From Camelus ferus (lineage: Eukaryota), in NCBI RefSeq assembly GCF_009834535.1, contig NC_045705.1, forward strand, positions 32,054,001-32,118,000: a DNA stretch of 64,000 nt, in the 5' to 3' direction. Shown piece after piece: positions 12,860-24,120 of the stretch (its first letter is position 1; each line of letters starts with the position of its first letter). A program made the position numbers and the translations under genes. The notes under the pieces were generated by a model that did not search any database, was not told the DNA's origin, and worked only from the letters and a program-made list of their open reading frames with translations.

Positions 12860-13819
12860 ATGGTGCTGAATGAGGGAAATCAGAGCTCTGTGACCACCTT
12901 CATCCTCTTGGGCTTCTCAGAATACCCACCCCTCCAGGTGCCCCTCTTCCTAGCATTCTTGACCATCTACACGGTCACTCTGCTGGGGAACCTGGGCATA
13001 ATTGTGGTCATAAGGATCAATCCCAACCTCCACACACCCATGTACTTTTTCCTCAGCCATTTGTCCATTTTGGATATTTGTTATTCCAGTGTATTCACAC
13101 CCAAACTCCTAGAGATCTTGGTTGTGGACGACAGAGCTATCTCTTTCAAAGCATGCATGGCACAGTTTTTCTTTGTTTGTGCATTTGTGATTACAGAAAT
13201 GTTCATGTTAGCGGTGATGGCCTATGACCGACTTGTGGCTGTTTGTAACCCCCTGCTCTACACAGTCACTATGTCTCATAAGCTCTGTGCCCTCCTGGTA
13301 GCTGCATCCTACACGTGGGGTGGGATGTGTTCCTTGACAATCACATATTCTCTTCTGGGACTGTCCTTCTGTGGTTCCAACACCATAAATCACTTTGGTT
13401 GTGAGTATTCTGCCATCCTCTCTCTAGCCTGTTCTGACCCCTACTTCAGTCAGATGATGTGTTTCATCATTTCTACATTCAATGAGGCATGTAGTCTCCT
13501 GATTATCCTCTCCTCCTATGTTTTCATAGTTGTCACAATCATCAAGATGCCTTCCACTGGTGGATGCCGAAAAGCCTTCTCCACCTGTGCCTCCCACCTG
13601 ACTGCCATCACCATTTTCCACGGGACCATCCTTCTTCTCTACTGTGTGCCCAACTCCACAAGCTCATGGCTCCTGGTCAGAGTGGCCACTGTGTTTTTTA
13701 CTGTCTTGATCCCCATGCTGAACCCACTTATCTATAGTCTTAGGAACAAAGATGTGAAAGACACAGTCAGGAGCTTCAGAAATATCAAACTGCTCTCTCA
13801 CTCAATAGAATTCAAATAA
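12860..13819 (+). CDS. Olfactory receptor, family 5 subfamily D (319 aa), intact
   Basis: ATG in good context (gccATGg), N-terminal NQS sequon, all canonical OR motifs, no stops or frameshifts. Confidence 0.95.
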   Translation: MVLNEGNQSSVTTFILLGFSEYPPLQVPLFLAFLTIYTVTLLGNLGIIVVIRINPNLHTPMYFFLSHLSILDICYSSVFTPKLLEILVVDDRAISFKACMAQFFFVCAFVITEMFMLAVMAYDRLVAVCNPLLYTVTMSHKLCALLVAASYTWGGMCSLTITYSLLGLSFCGSNTINHFGCEYSAILSLACSDPYFSQMMCFIISTFNEACSLLIILSSYVFIVVTIIKMPSTGGCRKAFSTCASHLTAITIFHGTILLLYCVPNSTSSWLLVRVATVFFTVLIPMLNPLIYSLRNKDVKDTVRSFRNIKLLSHSIEFK

Positions 13820-16800
13820 ATATATTTGCTTACATTCAGATTATGTCCAAAAATTTATCATATGTATTTGTGACACTAGTTCACCTTTATTTTAGGTAAA
13901 TATATTATTATGTTTTAAATAAATTAAAGATTGCACTTCCCGTGTTTTTCAGTGGTCAGGATGCCTTATAATTATCTGTGGGTGGGATGATGAAAGTGTT
14001 AGCTAGTTTCTACATGCATCTCATTGTTTGAGTATCAGTGTAATATAGTTCAGTAATAGGTGTTGACAATAATACTGAATACGAAGAAGAAGTTAAATTT
14101 ATTTCTAAGGAGACACATCAATTACTCAGTGATACAAAGACCAAGATTAATATAAAATGTAATTTTTAATCATCCATTCTCAGTAAACTTTTTCAACTTA
14201 CCGGTTTTCTCCATGTCAGTCAATGCCATTCACATCTACTAAGCTGCACATACATACTCATTAGAATGAATTTATACCTAGAAATATTATACATTTATTT
14301 AGTTCTCAATTTGTCAAAGTGATTGTATCAATGTAGGCTCCCTAAGTGCAATGTTTGAAAATTCTAAAGTTATGACCCATTTCTTCAGCAGTTTTCAGTA
14401 TTATCAGACTATATGATTTTTGCTCATTTACTTGATATAGAATGTTTAATTTGTACTTTTAATTGTAATAAGTGTGACCATTGAGGTTGGACACATTTTA
14501 ATACACCTGTGGAATTTTTTTCGTCTTTAAAAAGACTTTGTATGACATTTTAGCAATATTCTTTAAAATTATTTGTCTTTATTTTTATTTATTTAAAAAT
14601 TTTGTTTATATTATGAACATAATCTCTTTATCAATTTTGTACCTTGGAAATATTTTTTTGCAATTTGGATTTGCTTTTCACCCACTTAATGTCCTTTTAT
14701 AAAGAGCAAGTTTGAATTTTAATTTAGTCAAATGTGTAATTTATCTAATGTTTAAGATTATATTTATCTACCTTTAAGGTCTGCAGTACATTTGTCTATG
14801 TTATATTCAAGACTGTTTGTTGCTTTTTATATTGTGTCTATGGGTCACCCTAAAGTTCACTATTGTAGAGGGTGTGGTTTGGGTCTACAGTAAGTTGTTT
14901 TATTTGTTCAACATTATTTGGTCTCTCTTCATATCTGCCGTGCTTCTCTGTAGGCAGAGAGAGAATAATTCTCATACGAATTTCTTGGGACAATGAAAAA
15001 TGAGTGAATGTGCTGTAAGTTACATCCTAGAAGGCGCTCTCAGTGCCCTTCAAGATTTGAATCTTTTCTCCTTGAGTTTATGCAACTCCTAGAAAGGCAC
15101 ACCACAAATAGTGTGTGTTCCTTCAGCCTGAGAAATGAGAGCACGTGGGAACCTGAGCTCCATACCTCACCAGGATAGCACATCTGAGCTGCAGTCACCA
15201 ACGCCCACGTTGCTGCTTCATTCTTACCCGTTTGAGTATATCACCGTCACATGCTGTTTACTGGAAACAGTGCATTCTCTCCATGTTACTCTGCAATGTC
15301 AGTCTTGTCATAGAGGGTCCACATGTGAGTTTATCAGTATAAAGTGAGCTACTGCACAGTGGCTCTTGAAAAAAAATCCAACAATCAATGGCTTAAGAGT
15401 ATAATTAGTTTTTATTTTCAAAGATCTGGAGGTCACCTGAGGTGGCTGTGTTTCTATGACACTAAAAATGTTTGGCTTCACACCAGAGTGCTCCAAGTGT
15501 CTGTCATCATCGTTAGACTAGTTGGCTCTCTATCTTATGGAAATGCCAGAAAAACAATAGACCAAGAGAAAACATTCAAGTTCACTTAAAGCCAAAGCTA
15601 AGAAATGCTGCATCTTTCTTTTCTGCTGACAAACCATTGAACACGTCAGGGTTGGACTCGCAATCCAGAGGTGAAGAAATGCGCTGCATCAGTAATGAAA
15701 TATGAAAAACCTTATGAATGCAAGGACACGGTAAATGACTGGACTCAATCATTGATCACCCTCACTGAGTTCCTTAAGTCTTTATTATACATTCCCTTTG
15801 AAGTATTTGCCATTCCCATATATTCTTACTTATTACAGCTTTGAAATAAACCATGATATCCATCATAGCAACTTCTGTCGTCTTTTTCTTCCCTGTGAGT
15901 GGATCCTGGTTATTCTTGGCCCTTTTCATTTTCATACCAACTTTGGGATTTATTTTGTTCATTTACCGCATGCCTCTGAGTCCTGACACTTTCAAGTGCC
16001 CTCAGATTCATGTCACTTCTTTAGATCTGGGCTTTAGAGCATTCTTGGCTGAAGCTATGCCTTCTCTGCTTCATTTGTCTACACTCCTCATACTCTTTAC
16101 ACGTTTCTGAAATTATGGTAACTTCATGTTGGCTGGTTTTTAGTTTACCACTGCTTTATCCATGTGACTTTGTTATTTGATTTATTTCTCATTATCACCA
16201 CTGTTATTGATTGCGTTTCTGAAGGAAGGAGAGGCAACAAAGGGATATTACGTATTGATTTTGACATAGTTAAAATACCCACTCTTTCTCTCTCTTTAAT
16301 GATATCAGGGAGATCTTAGTTAAGGTATTCAGGGATTGTGACTCAGCTGCCAAGTTTGTAGACAATACTTACACTTGCATGAACAAAGCTAGCAAATGTC
16401 ACTTTTAAAAAATTACTTATGGTTCCTGCACAGTAAACTACACACGTTTCAAATGTACAGTTAAAGGTGTTTAAAAAGGAAAGAATCAGGCTGGATGACT
16501 TACTACACAGATGATGCGTTCATGCAAAGTGAAGGCTGAATGAATCATGGCGCCAGTATAAATGAAGCTTACGGTAGTTCAAGTAGAGGAAAGGGGAGAG
16601 ACAGTTGGGTCATTACAGGGCTCTTGGTATCACAGGCTGGACTCAAAAGCAGCTCGGCGAAGCAGTGCCCTTATTCAGATTATTGGCAGATGTATTTGTG
16701 TGTGTTGTGGGCATTTGTGTGACATACTAGCCTGCAGATATTCTCCGTGAAGAACTTTTGTTAGGAGATTTTGAAAAAAATAATTATCAGTGTTATATTT

Positions 16801-17099
16801 TGGAGAAAACCATTTTTAAATGAGTTAGACCAATTAAAATAATCAACTGATGGTTTCAAATGAGAAACCTGATGAGAGGAAAAATTATAGTAATGATAAT
16901 GATTGTGAATCAAAGGACTGTCCATCACGCTCAAAATCAAATATTTAGGTCAACAACTGCAACATAAAATGCATAAAAGCATCTTATTATGCTTTTATAA
17001 TTACATGTTTAAATTGTAACTAAATCCAACATTGGTTACTTAGTTTCAGCAAAATGTTACCACTTTTAAACTAATGTTTTTATTTGAATTTATCTGGTG

Positions 17100-18430
17100 A
17101 TCTTGTTTTTATTTAATTTGTTACATTTGGTTTCTTCTTATAGTTTGTTTTAATTGTGGTTAAAAAAAACACATAACATAAAATTTATCATCTTAACGCA
17201 AAAAAAAGTTACTCATAGCTTCATTATTAGACTATGATGATATAACTGATATTCGTGTATACACTCATTCATGCAACATTACTATATTTAGTTATTATTT
17301 CACATGGTATTTTTGTTGGAGATTCCCTAGAATTTTCTATATGCAGAATCATGCTGTAGACAAATAGTTTTACTTTTTGCTTTTCGATAATTTGACTTTT
17401 CTTTCTTTATTCGACTAAGATCTAAAATATAATATTGTATAAAAGTGATAAGAGCAGAATTCTTTCTTCTTCTTTTCTTTTTGTTTTGTTTCATTTTGTT
17501 TTGTTTTGATGGTTGTAATTCTCAGATTTAGGTGAAAATAATCCAAAATTATTTTATTTTATTTAGCATTTTTGTGGGCTTTTTAACATTATGTTAGCTA
17601 AGTTATTTTGTGGATGACCCTTATCAAGTTCAAGGAACTTTCTTCTATTTCTTGTTTGCTTATATGAAGATTATCTTTTTTCTCCCCCTGAGTCATGATA
17701 CATTTTACTATCTATATATTGTAGTATTTTATTTTCTAGTATTTCACTAATATTGCTGTGACTAAGTACATTAGACATCTTGATCTATATTTTTTCTTAT
17801 AACATCTTTTTCCAGTTGTAGAATTTGATATTATAATAAGCTCAGGAAAAAGATGCTGTGGATATTCCTTATTGCTCTGTTTATTCAAATGTTTTTGTAA
17901 CTCTTTGTGTTATTTATTACTTAAATGTTTGACAGAATTTACCATTTAAACCATATGGTCCAGGGGTTCTCTCTGTGGGAAAATTTTTAATTAAAAATTC
18001 AAATTCATAAGAAGTTAGGGGCTATTTGTATTTTATATGTCAGCTTCTGTAAGGTCCATATTTGTATAGTTCAAGGAATTTTTCTATTTCATTTAACTTG
18101 TCAAATTTATTGGAATAATATTGTTTATAATACTAATTATCTTTTTATATTGAGAGCATCTGTAATGAAGTTTCCTATTTTCACTTGATAGAAGCAATTG
18201 TGTTTTGATCCCTTATTTTAATCAGGTTATCTAGGTGGTAATCAATTTCATGTATCATTTTAAAGATCTAACATTTGGATTTACTCAGTTCATTATGTCT
18301 ATTTCACTGTCCATTTTCTATTATTTTGATTATCACTCTTATCTTCCTCCAAGTTAGAGGTGAAACTGTGTTTGCTTTTTTAGCTTCTTAAGATAGTATC
18401 TTAGATCATCAAGTTTCTTCTCTGAAATAT
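17100..18430 (-). mobile_element. Old L1M remnant
   Basis: gacagaatttaccatttaaaccatatggtccagggg and cttatcaagttcaaggaactttcttctatttc are typical L1M ORF2 antisense blocks. Confidence 0.6.
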
Positions 18431-18439
18431 AACATTTTT

Positions 18440-19111
18440 GTGAGTAGGTGCTCTTTCAAGGAGGCTGAGGTATAAATACAGAGAGGACAAAAATGTTGAT
18501 CTTACAAGTGATGAGTACAACCCTCAGCCAGCTCTCAAGAGCCCTCACCATCTGGTGCACAGATATCTTCAGCTAGCCTTTCAATTAAATATATACCTGG
18601 GTGCTTGGGTGAAGGAATTTTGCAAATATAATTAGGTTTTAAATCAGTTGACCTTAAGAAAGGAAAATTATCTTCATTGGTGGGTCTGGCATAATCAGGT
18701 GACTTGTTGAAAAGTGCTGGGTCCTTCTTGGAAGAGACATGTGAAGTTTAAGAGAAACTTGAAGGAGGGATTTGAAGTGTGAGAGGGATCTGAGAGGAGA
18801 AAACATAGCTGAGACCTAAGAGTGGCGTCTAGGGAAGAATAATCCCAAGATAGATATCAGGAAGCAAGATTCTACTCCTACAACTTCAAGAAACTGAATT
18901 CTGCCAGCAACATGAAAGAACTGGGAAGAGAACCAAACTCGAGATGAAAACGCTGATGACACCTTGGTTTCAGCCTTTTGATAACTCACACAGATGGACC
19001 GGCTGTGCTGGGCCTGACTTCAGACACACAGATGTGTGAACTAACACGTGGATGTTGTCTAAGTCATTGAATCTGGAGCAGTTTCTTATGATGAAACAGA
19101 ACGTTAATGCA
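18440..19111 (+). mobile_element. ERVL-MaLR solo LTR (MLT1E/F/G-like)
   Basis: cagttgaccttaagaaagg...ctacaacttcaagaaactgaattctgccagcaac...gacaccttggtttcagcc are typical MLT1 blocks. Confidence 0.7.
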
Positions 19112-19599
19112 CCACAGTATTCAGGAAACCTATCAATTGCCCCCTTGAAAAACACATATTCTATTCAACATGAATTTTAGTAAAAAAGGGAAACATTTGG
19201 GATGCAAATGTTAACTTCAAAGGCCATCATATCAGATCTATATTCAAAGTGATACTGAAATGTGTTATTTACAAAAAAAAAAAAAAAAAAAAGGTCAAAT
19301 TAAAAAAAACACTCAGAGGAAAGCCTGACATGAAACGTGAAACACCAGCTGTAGCACGTCTGATTTACAGGACAGAGATTGTGCTTTTCTCACTGTGCAC
19401 TTTGGAAGGCATGTTTTCCATAACGAATACATAATAACTCAAATGATCGGCTGATTGTTACTGTTATGTTTCTAAGGTCAGAAGACAAACGTGTCCAACC
19501 TTCCCATATGATTTAATGATTTAAAATAAATTCTATTCTAAGCTAGGAATACAGGTGTTTTTAAATTGTCTTGCGTTTGGCTCATGGCAAATATCCCAA

Positions 19600-19932
19600 T
19601 CAAAACTCTCTGGGGCATGATTCCCAAGGTCTCTCGGGTGGATGTAAACACACAACACCATCCCTCAATTCAGCTTATTAGTCTGGCTCACCCTTGAGAG
19701 GTTGTCTGTGTTGTCCCTGATTCTTTTTTTTTTTTTTTTAATGAGAAAAATCTAATTTTCTTGATGCCTTTCCTGGAATATATTTTGGAAGATGTTCCCA
19801 TATCCTAATTACAGGCTACAACAATTTTTATGAAAAGTTTTATTTTTTGTGAAATAATTTTCAAGAATCTTATTAAATCAAAGAAGACCTCAGGAAATCA
19901 GTCTATACAGAGTATCTGACTTCTGGTGAGTT
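19600..19932 (+). promoter_or_regulatory. Candidate promoter and first exon of OR gene 3
   Basis: O/E-like ctctctgggg, ttcccaagg and cccttgagag (19606-19702). Donor ctg|GTGAGTT at 19926. Confidence 0.5.
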
Positions 19933-21130
19933 CTTAAACTAAATGACGTATTTTAGTTCTGCCGTGGGAAACTCTGAAATCAGAAGTATGTTTGCCAGAG
20001 AAACATCTATGCAATCGTAGTTGCAGTTCAGTGGGATCCATCTAATTCCACTGAGAATAATAGAGTTTACTAACTCTATTTCTTACATCTTTAAGATATT
20101 TGGTGTGCATTTGTCTTTGATTCTTGCTTATGTAGTTTAATAATGTTCTAGTCAAGTTGGTAGACCTTCAAGTAATGTTATTTTTTCTCAATTTGAAACA
20201 TATTTTAGGTAAATATTAAAAGAAATGTATAAAACTGTAGATAAATATGCCAGATTTTGCATAAAATTTTTGAGTTTAAAACCACGTAGATGGAAGCAAG
20301 TCAGAGCTGTAAAGAAACTTTGGGGTCTGGATGAATCACCAAAGTTATCTGGAAGAGCATAGCCTGGCATTGGATATTAAAATGTGGTCGTGCTTAAAAT
20401 CTGATGGTGGCAGAGGGCATGTTAGTTGGAAGAGTTAATGTGATAAAGATACTATGTTACACAAGAATGTATTTTGTGCACAAAAGATAGAAATTGCTGG
20501 TGTGATTGATATGAAAGGAATAGAAATTAAACAGTCTGGAAAGTGTAGTGACATTAGAGATGACAGAAACTCAGACAGGTAAATTTGAAAGTAAAATTCA
20601 AGATTTCAGGTAATTTGTAAGAAGGTGATTTTGAAAATGTATAAGCATTGGAGCACGATTTTAAAATGAAATTTGATGAAAGTTAGTCCTGAAGGGTGGG
20701 TGTAGGCAGCCTAAATAAAGATCATTGTTCCCCAGCTGAGCAGATGGATGGTAGTGTAGGAATAATGATGGAAGCATGTTTGGAAGAATAGTTTCATTCT
20801 GCCCTAAGTGAGTGGAAATGTATACCTAAGACAGGAGGAAACATTACAGAGAAATCAGGAAAGAAAGCTATTTCTGCTCTGTGTCTGCAGCCTTTTTCGA
20901 CTTCCCATTCCCTATTTGCACCACTTCCTACTTCCTAAAATTGTAGCTGATGCTACATTCTAGGATATTTTGCACTCATGTCTTTCAGATTCAAAGTAAA
21001 TTCATTAAAAACAGCATTAGAAATATGAGGAATCTCCATACTGTTTTCCACAGTGGCTGCACTGAACTGCATTCCCACCAGCAGTGAAGGAGGGTTCCCT
21101 TTTCTCCACAGCCTCTCCAGCATTTGTCAC

Positions 21131-21286
21131 NNNNNNNNNNNNNNNNNNNNNNNNNNNNNNNNNNNNNNNNNNNNNNNNNNNNNNNNNNNNNNNNNNNNNN
21201 NNNNNNNNNNNNNNNNNNNNNNNNNNNNNNNNNNNNNNNNNNNNNNNNNNNNNNNNNNNNNNNNNNNNNNNNNNNNNNNNNNNNNN
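21131..21286. other. N gap, 156 nt
   Basis: Run of N inside an L1. Confidence 1.
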
Positions 21287-21366
21287 CTTCTGCCCATTTT
21301 TGGATTGGGTTGTTTGTTTTTTTCTTATTGAGTCATATGAGCTTCTTATATATTCTGGAGATCAAG

Positions 21367-21500
21367 NNNNNNNNNNNNNNNNNNNNNNNNNNNNNNNNNN
21401 NNNNNNNNNNNNNNNNNNNNNNNNNNNNNNNNNNNNNNNNNNNNNNNNNNNNNNNNNNNNNNNNNNNNNNNNNNNNNNNNNNNNNNNNNNNNNNNNNNNN
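21367..21500. other. N gap, 134 nt
   Basis: Run of N inside an L1. Confidence 1.
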
Positions 21501-21942
21501 TTCTAGGAGAACATTTTTGAGATGTATGTCAGATAATGTCTTGGAAGTAAATGGTGGTGGAGAGGGGACTTTTACTACATGTGGAATTATCTTCAATGTT
21601 TTAAAAGAACTAAGCCAAACTCTAATCTTAACCCTATACCCAAGTTATGTCTTATAAACAACTATAAACAGGGCCATTCTCTGAGCCATCTATGGCACTC
21701 AGTTCATCCCAGTCCATCCATCAGGACCCATACTTGTTACCCCACACCTGAAGACGCTCAGTGAACCCTCCCATCTCCAACTGTACCCTGCTGGCCTTCC
21801 TAGGAAACCCCAGACCCCACCCCCCTGGATGAGTCTCCCTTCCAGCCCAGAATCCAGCCTGGAAAAGAAACAAACTCCCACTCTTTCTGTCACACTTGAT
21901 TGCTGAGGATGAATTCTCTGATTTTCTCCGGCAGGAACCATA

Positions 21943-22890
21943 ATGACGGATGAGGGGAATCAGAGCGCTGGCATCACCTTCGTCCACTTGGGCTTCTCGG
22001 AACACCCACCCCTGCAGGCGCCCCTCTTCTTGGTCTTCTCGGCCATCTATACAGTCACTGTGCTGGGGAACCTGGGCATGATAGTGATCATCAGAGTCAG
22101 TCCCACACTCCACACACCCATGTACTTTTTTCTCAGCAATCTCTCCTTTCTTGATTTCTGTTACTCTTCGGCACTTACACCCAAACTCTTAGAGATCTTG
22201 GTTGTGGACACAAAGACTATCTCTTATATGGGTTGCATGATGCAATTTTTCTTTGGTTGCTCACTTGTGATTACAGAAATGTTCATGTTAGCGGTGATGG
22301 CCTATGACCGACTTGTGGCTGTTTGTAACCCCCTGCTCTACACAGTGGCTATGTCTCGTAAGCTCTGTGCCCTCCTGGTAGCTGCATCCTACACGTGGGG
22401 TGGGATGTGTTCCTTAACAATCACATATTCTCTTCTGGGACTGTTCTTCTGTGGTTCCAACACCATAAATCACTTTGGTTGTGGGTATTCTGCCATCCTC
22501 TCTCTAGCCTGTTCTGACCCCTACTTCAGTCAGATGATGTGTTTCATCATTTCTACATTCAATGAGGCATGTAGTCTCCTGATTATCCTCTCCTCCTATG
22601 TTTTCATAGTTGTCACAATTGTCAAGATGCCTTCCACTGGTGAACGCCAAAAAGCTTTCTCTACCTGTGCCTCCCACCTGACTGCCATCACTATTTTCCA
22701 CGGGACCATCCTTCTTCTCTACTGTCTGCCCACCTCCATAAGCTCATGGCTCCTCATCAAAGTAGCCACTGTGTTTTACACAATTGTCATCCCCATGCTG
22801 AACCCCCTTATCTACAGCCTTAGAAATAATGATGTGAAGGAGGCAGCCAGAAGGTTAATTAACACCAAACTGTTTTCTCATGCAATGTAA
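21943..22890 (+). CDS. Olfactory receptor, family 5 subfamily D (315 aa), intact ORF
   Basis: NQS sequon, [42 protein letters not shown]. Acceptor ccggcAG ends at 21934. Confidence 0.93.
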   Translation: MTDEGNQSAGITFVHLGFSEHPPLQAPLFLVFSAIYTVTVLGNLGMIVIIRVSPTLHTPMYFFLSNLSFLDFCYSSALTPKLLEILVVDTKTISYMGCMMQFFFGCSLVITEMFMLAVMAYDRLVAVCNPLLYTVAMSRKLCALLVAASYTWGGMCSLTITYSLLGLFFCGSNTINHFGCGYSAILSLACSDPYFSQMMCFIISTFNEACSLLIILSSYVFIVVTIVKMPSTGERQKAFSTCASHLTAITIFHGTILLLYCLPTSISSWLLIKVATVFYTIVIPMLNPLIYSLRNNDVKEAARRLINTKLFSHAM

Positions 22891-22898
22891 TTTTGATT

Positions 22899-22911
22899 TT
22901 ATATATATATA

Positions 22912-22951
<40 letters not shown>

Positions 22952-22955
22952 TATG
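22899..22955 (+). repeat. Compound (TA)n/(TG)n microsatellite in the 3' flank of OR gene 3
   Basis: Directly visible; starts about 10 nt after the stop codon. Confidence 0.9.
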
Positions 22956-23177
22956 TAGCCTTATATGAATAGAGAAAGTTATTTTTTAAATGTGCTTTAT
23001 ACATTGGATTATTAAATTTTCTTCGATAATGGGATAAAATGTATTCAGAAATTTAGATCATGTGTATACATCTGTGTTTATTTAATCATACTGTTCTGTA
23101 AAAAATCACCTGCAGGCTAAAGTTTAAAAAAAAAAAAAGGCAAGAAAGAAAATTCTGTTCATGCCTCACCCTCAGAG

Positions 23178-23520
23178 TGTAACTGGCTAACCAGTGGTCC
23201 TCTAAAGATGTCCACATCCTAATCCCCAGAACCTGGAAATTGCTACCCTTCCATGGTTGCTTCCCCTCCTTTCTGTTCTCTTCCCTTCTCTTCCTCTCTC
23301 TCAAATCATGAATATGACAAGCAGGTAGACAAGTCATTCTGAATAATAATCCTGTACGTTAGTCTCTCTGAGAAATTGCAGGCACAGCACTGTCAGCCCT
23401 TTGCAGCATCTCCATGAGCACTTTCCTGGTCCCTGCTCCTCTCTGATCCCATGAGGACCCAACGCCCTTGTGGAGTTTGTGTTACTCATAAACTTTCATT
23501 TTCAGCTACAACTCATGAGA
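23178..23520 (+). mobile_element. MLT1 LTR 5' fragment followed by another degenerate LTR-like segment
   Basis: aaagatgtccacatcctaatccccagaacctg resembles the MLT1D 5' end. The adjacent segment is LTR-like but unassigned. Confidence 0.5.
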
Positions 23521-23756
23521 ACAGGTTACAAAATGAGAAAAGTTAACTTTGTTTCTTCTTGAAATGCACATAAATAAAAAATTGGAATATATCTTCCCTA
23601 ATGTCTGGCTTCTTTGGTTCAGCATTTTATTTTAAAAGAATATTTACATGACTAGCTGTAACAGTAGTTCATTTTTTACTGTGAAGAGTAGTTCATAAAA
23701 TAAATATACCTTAATTTGTTAATTTATACTATTGCTAATGGGCTTTGGTTATTTCC

Positions 23757-24120
23757 TCTTCTTTATTGAAGTATAGTTGATTTACACTATTATAATATTT
23801 TTAGGTAATTTTTACAGATTATAGTTCACTAAAAGTTACTAAAAGGTAATGGCTATCATTTCCTGGACTATTCAATACATCCTTGTTGCTTATCTATTTC
23901 ATACATTGCATTTTGTATCTCTTAATCTGATACCCCTCAATTGCCCCTCCCTCTTCTCTTTGCAAAATCTGCAAATAACAAATGTTGGAGAGGATGTGAA
24001 GAAAGGGGGACACTTATGCACTGTGGTGGGAATGTAAATTGTGCAGCCGATTACATACTGTATGGAGGTTCCCCCCAAAACTAAAAATAGAACCTCATAT
24101 GATCCTGCAATCCCACTCCT
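23757..24120. mobile_element. L1 with inverted 5' part (minus-strand 3' UTR joined to a plus-strand ORF2 piece)
   Basis: tttattgaagtatagttgattt... (minus-strand 3' end) is followed by caaataacaaatgttggagagg...tatgatcctgcaatcccactcct (plus). Confidence 0.7.

Larger units (their letters stand above)
21026..21542 (-). mobile_element. Internal L1 ORF2 fragment in the intron of OR gene 3, partly N
   Basis: Closely matches 41055-41398 of the other L1 copy. No 3' UTR or polyA is visible. Confidence 0.88.

Noticed and set aside
16200-16800. Possible transposase or processed-pseudogene remnant
   Set aside because: Short frames with stops, no identifiable motif, no polyA or target duplication.
21053-21657. 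Long ORFs spanning N runs (also 48844-49332)
   Set aside because: Artefacts of translating N as X inside L1 fragments.
21690-21900. C-rich segment upstream of gene 3 with Pro/Gly-rich ORFs
   Set aside because: No recognisable domain or splice context; compositional bias is enough to explain the ORFs.
13424-22701. Near-identical antisense ORFs at 13424-13621 and 22504-22701, and similar antisense ORFs in other ORs
   Set aside because: They are shadows of OR codon structure and of the conversion tract, with no independent evidence.
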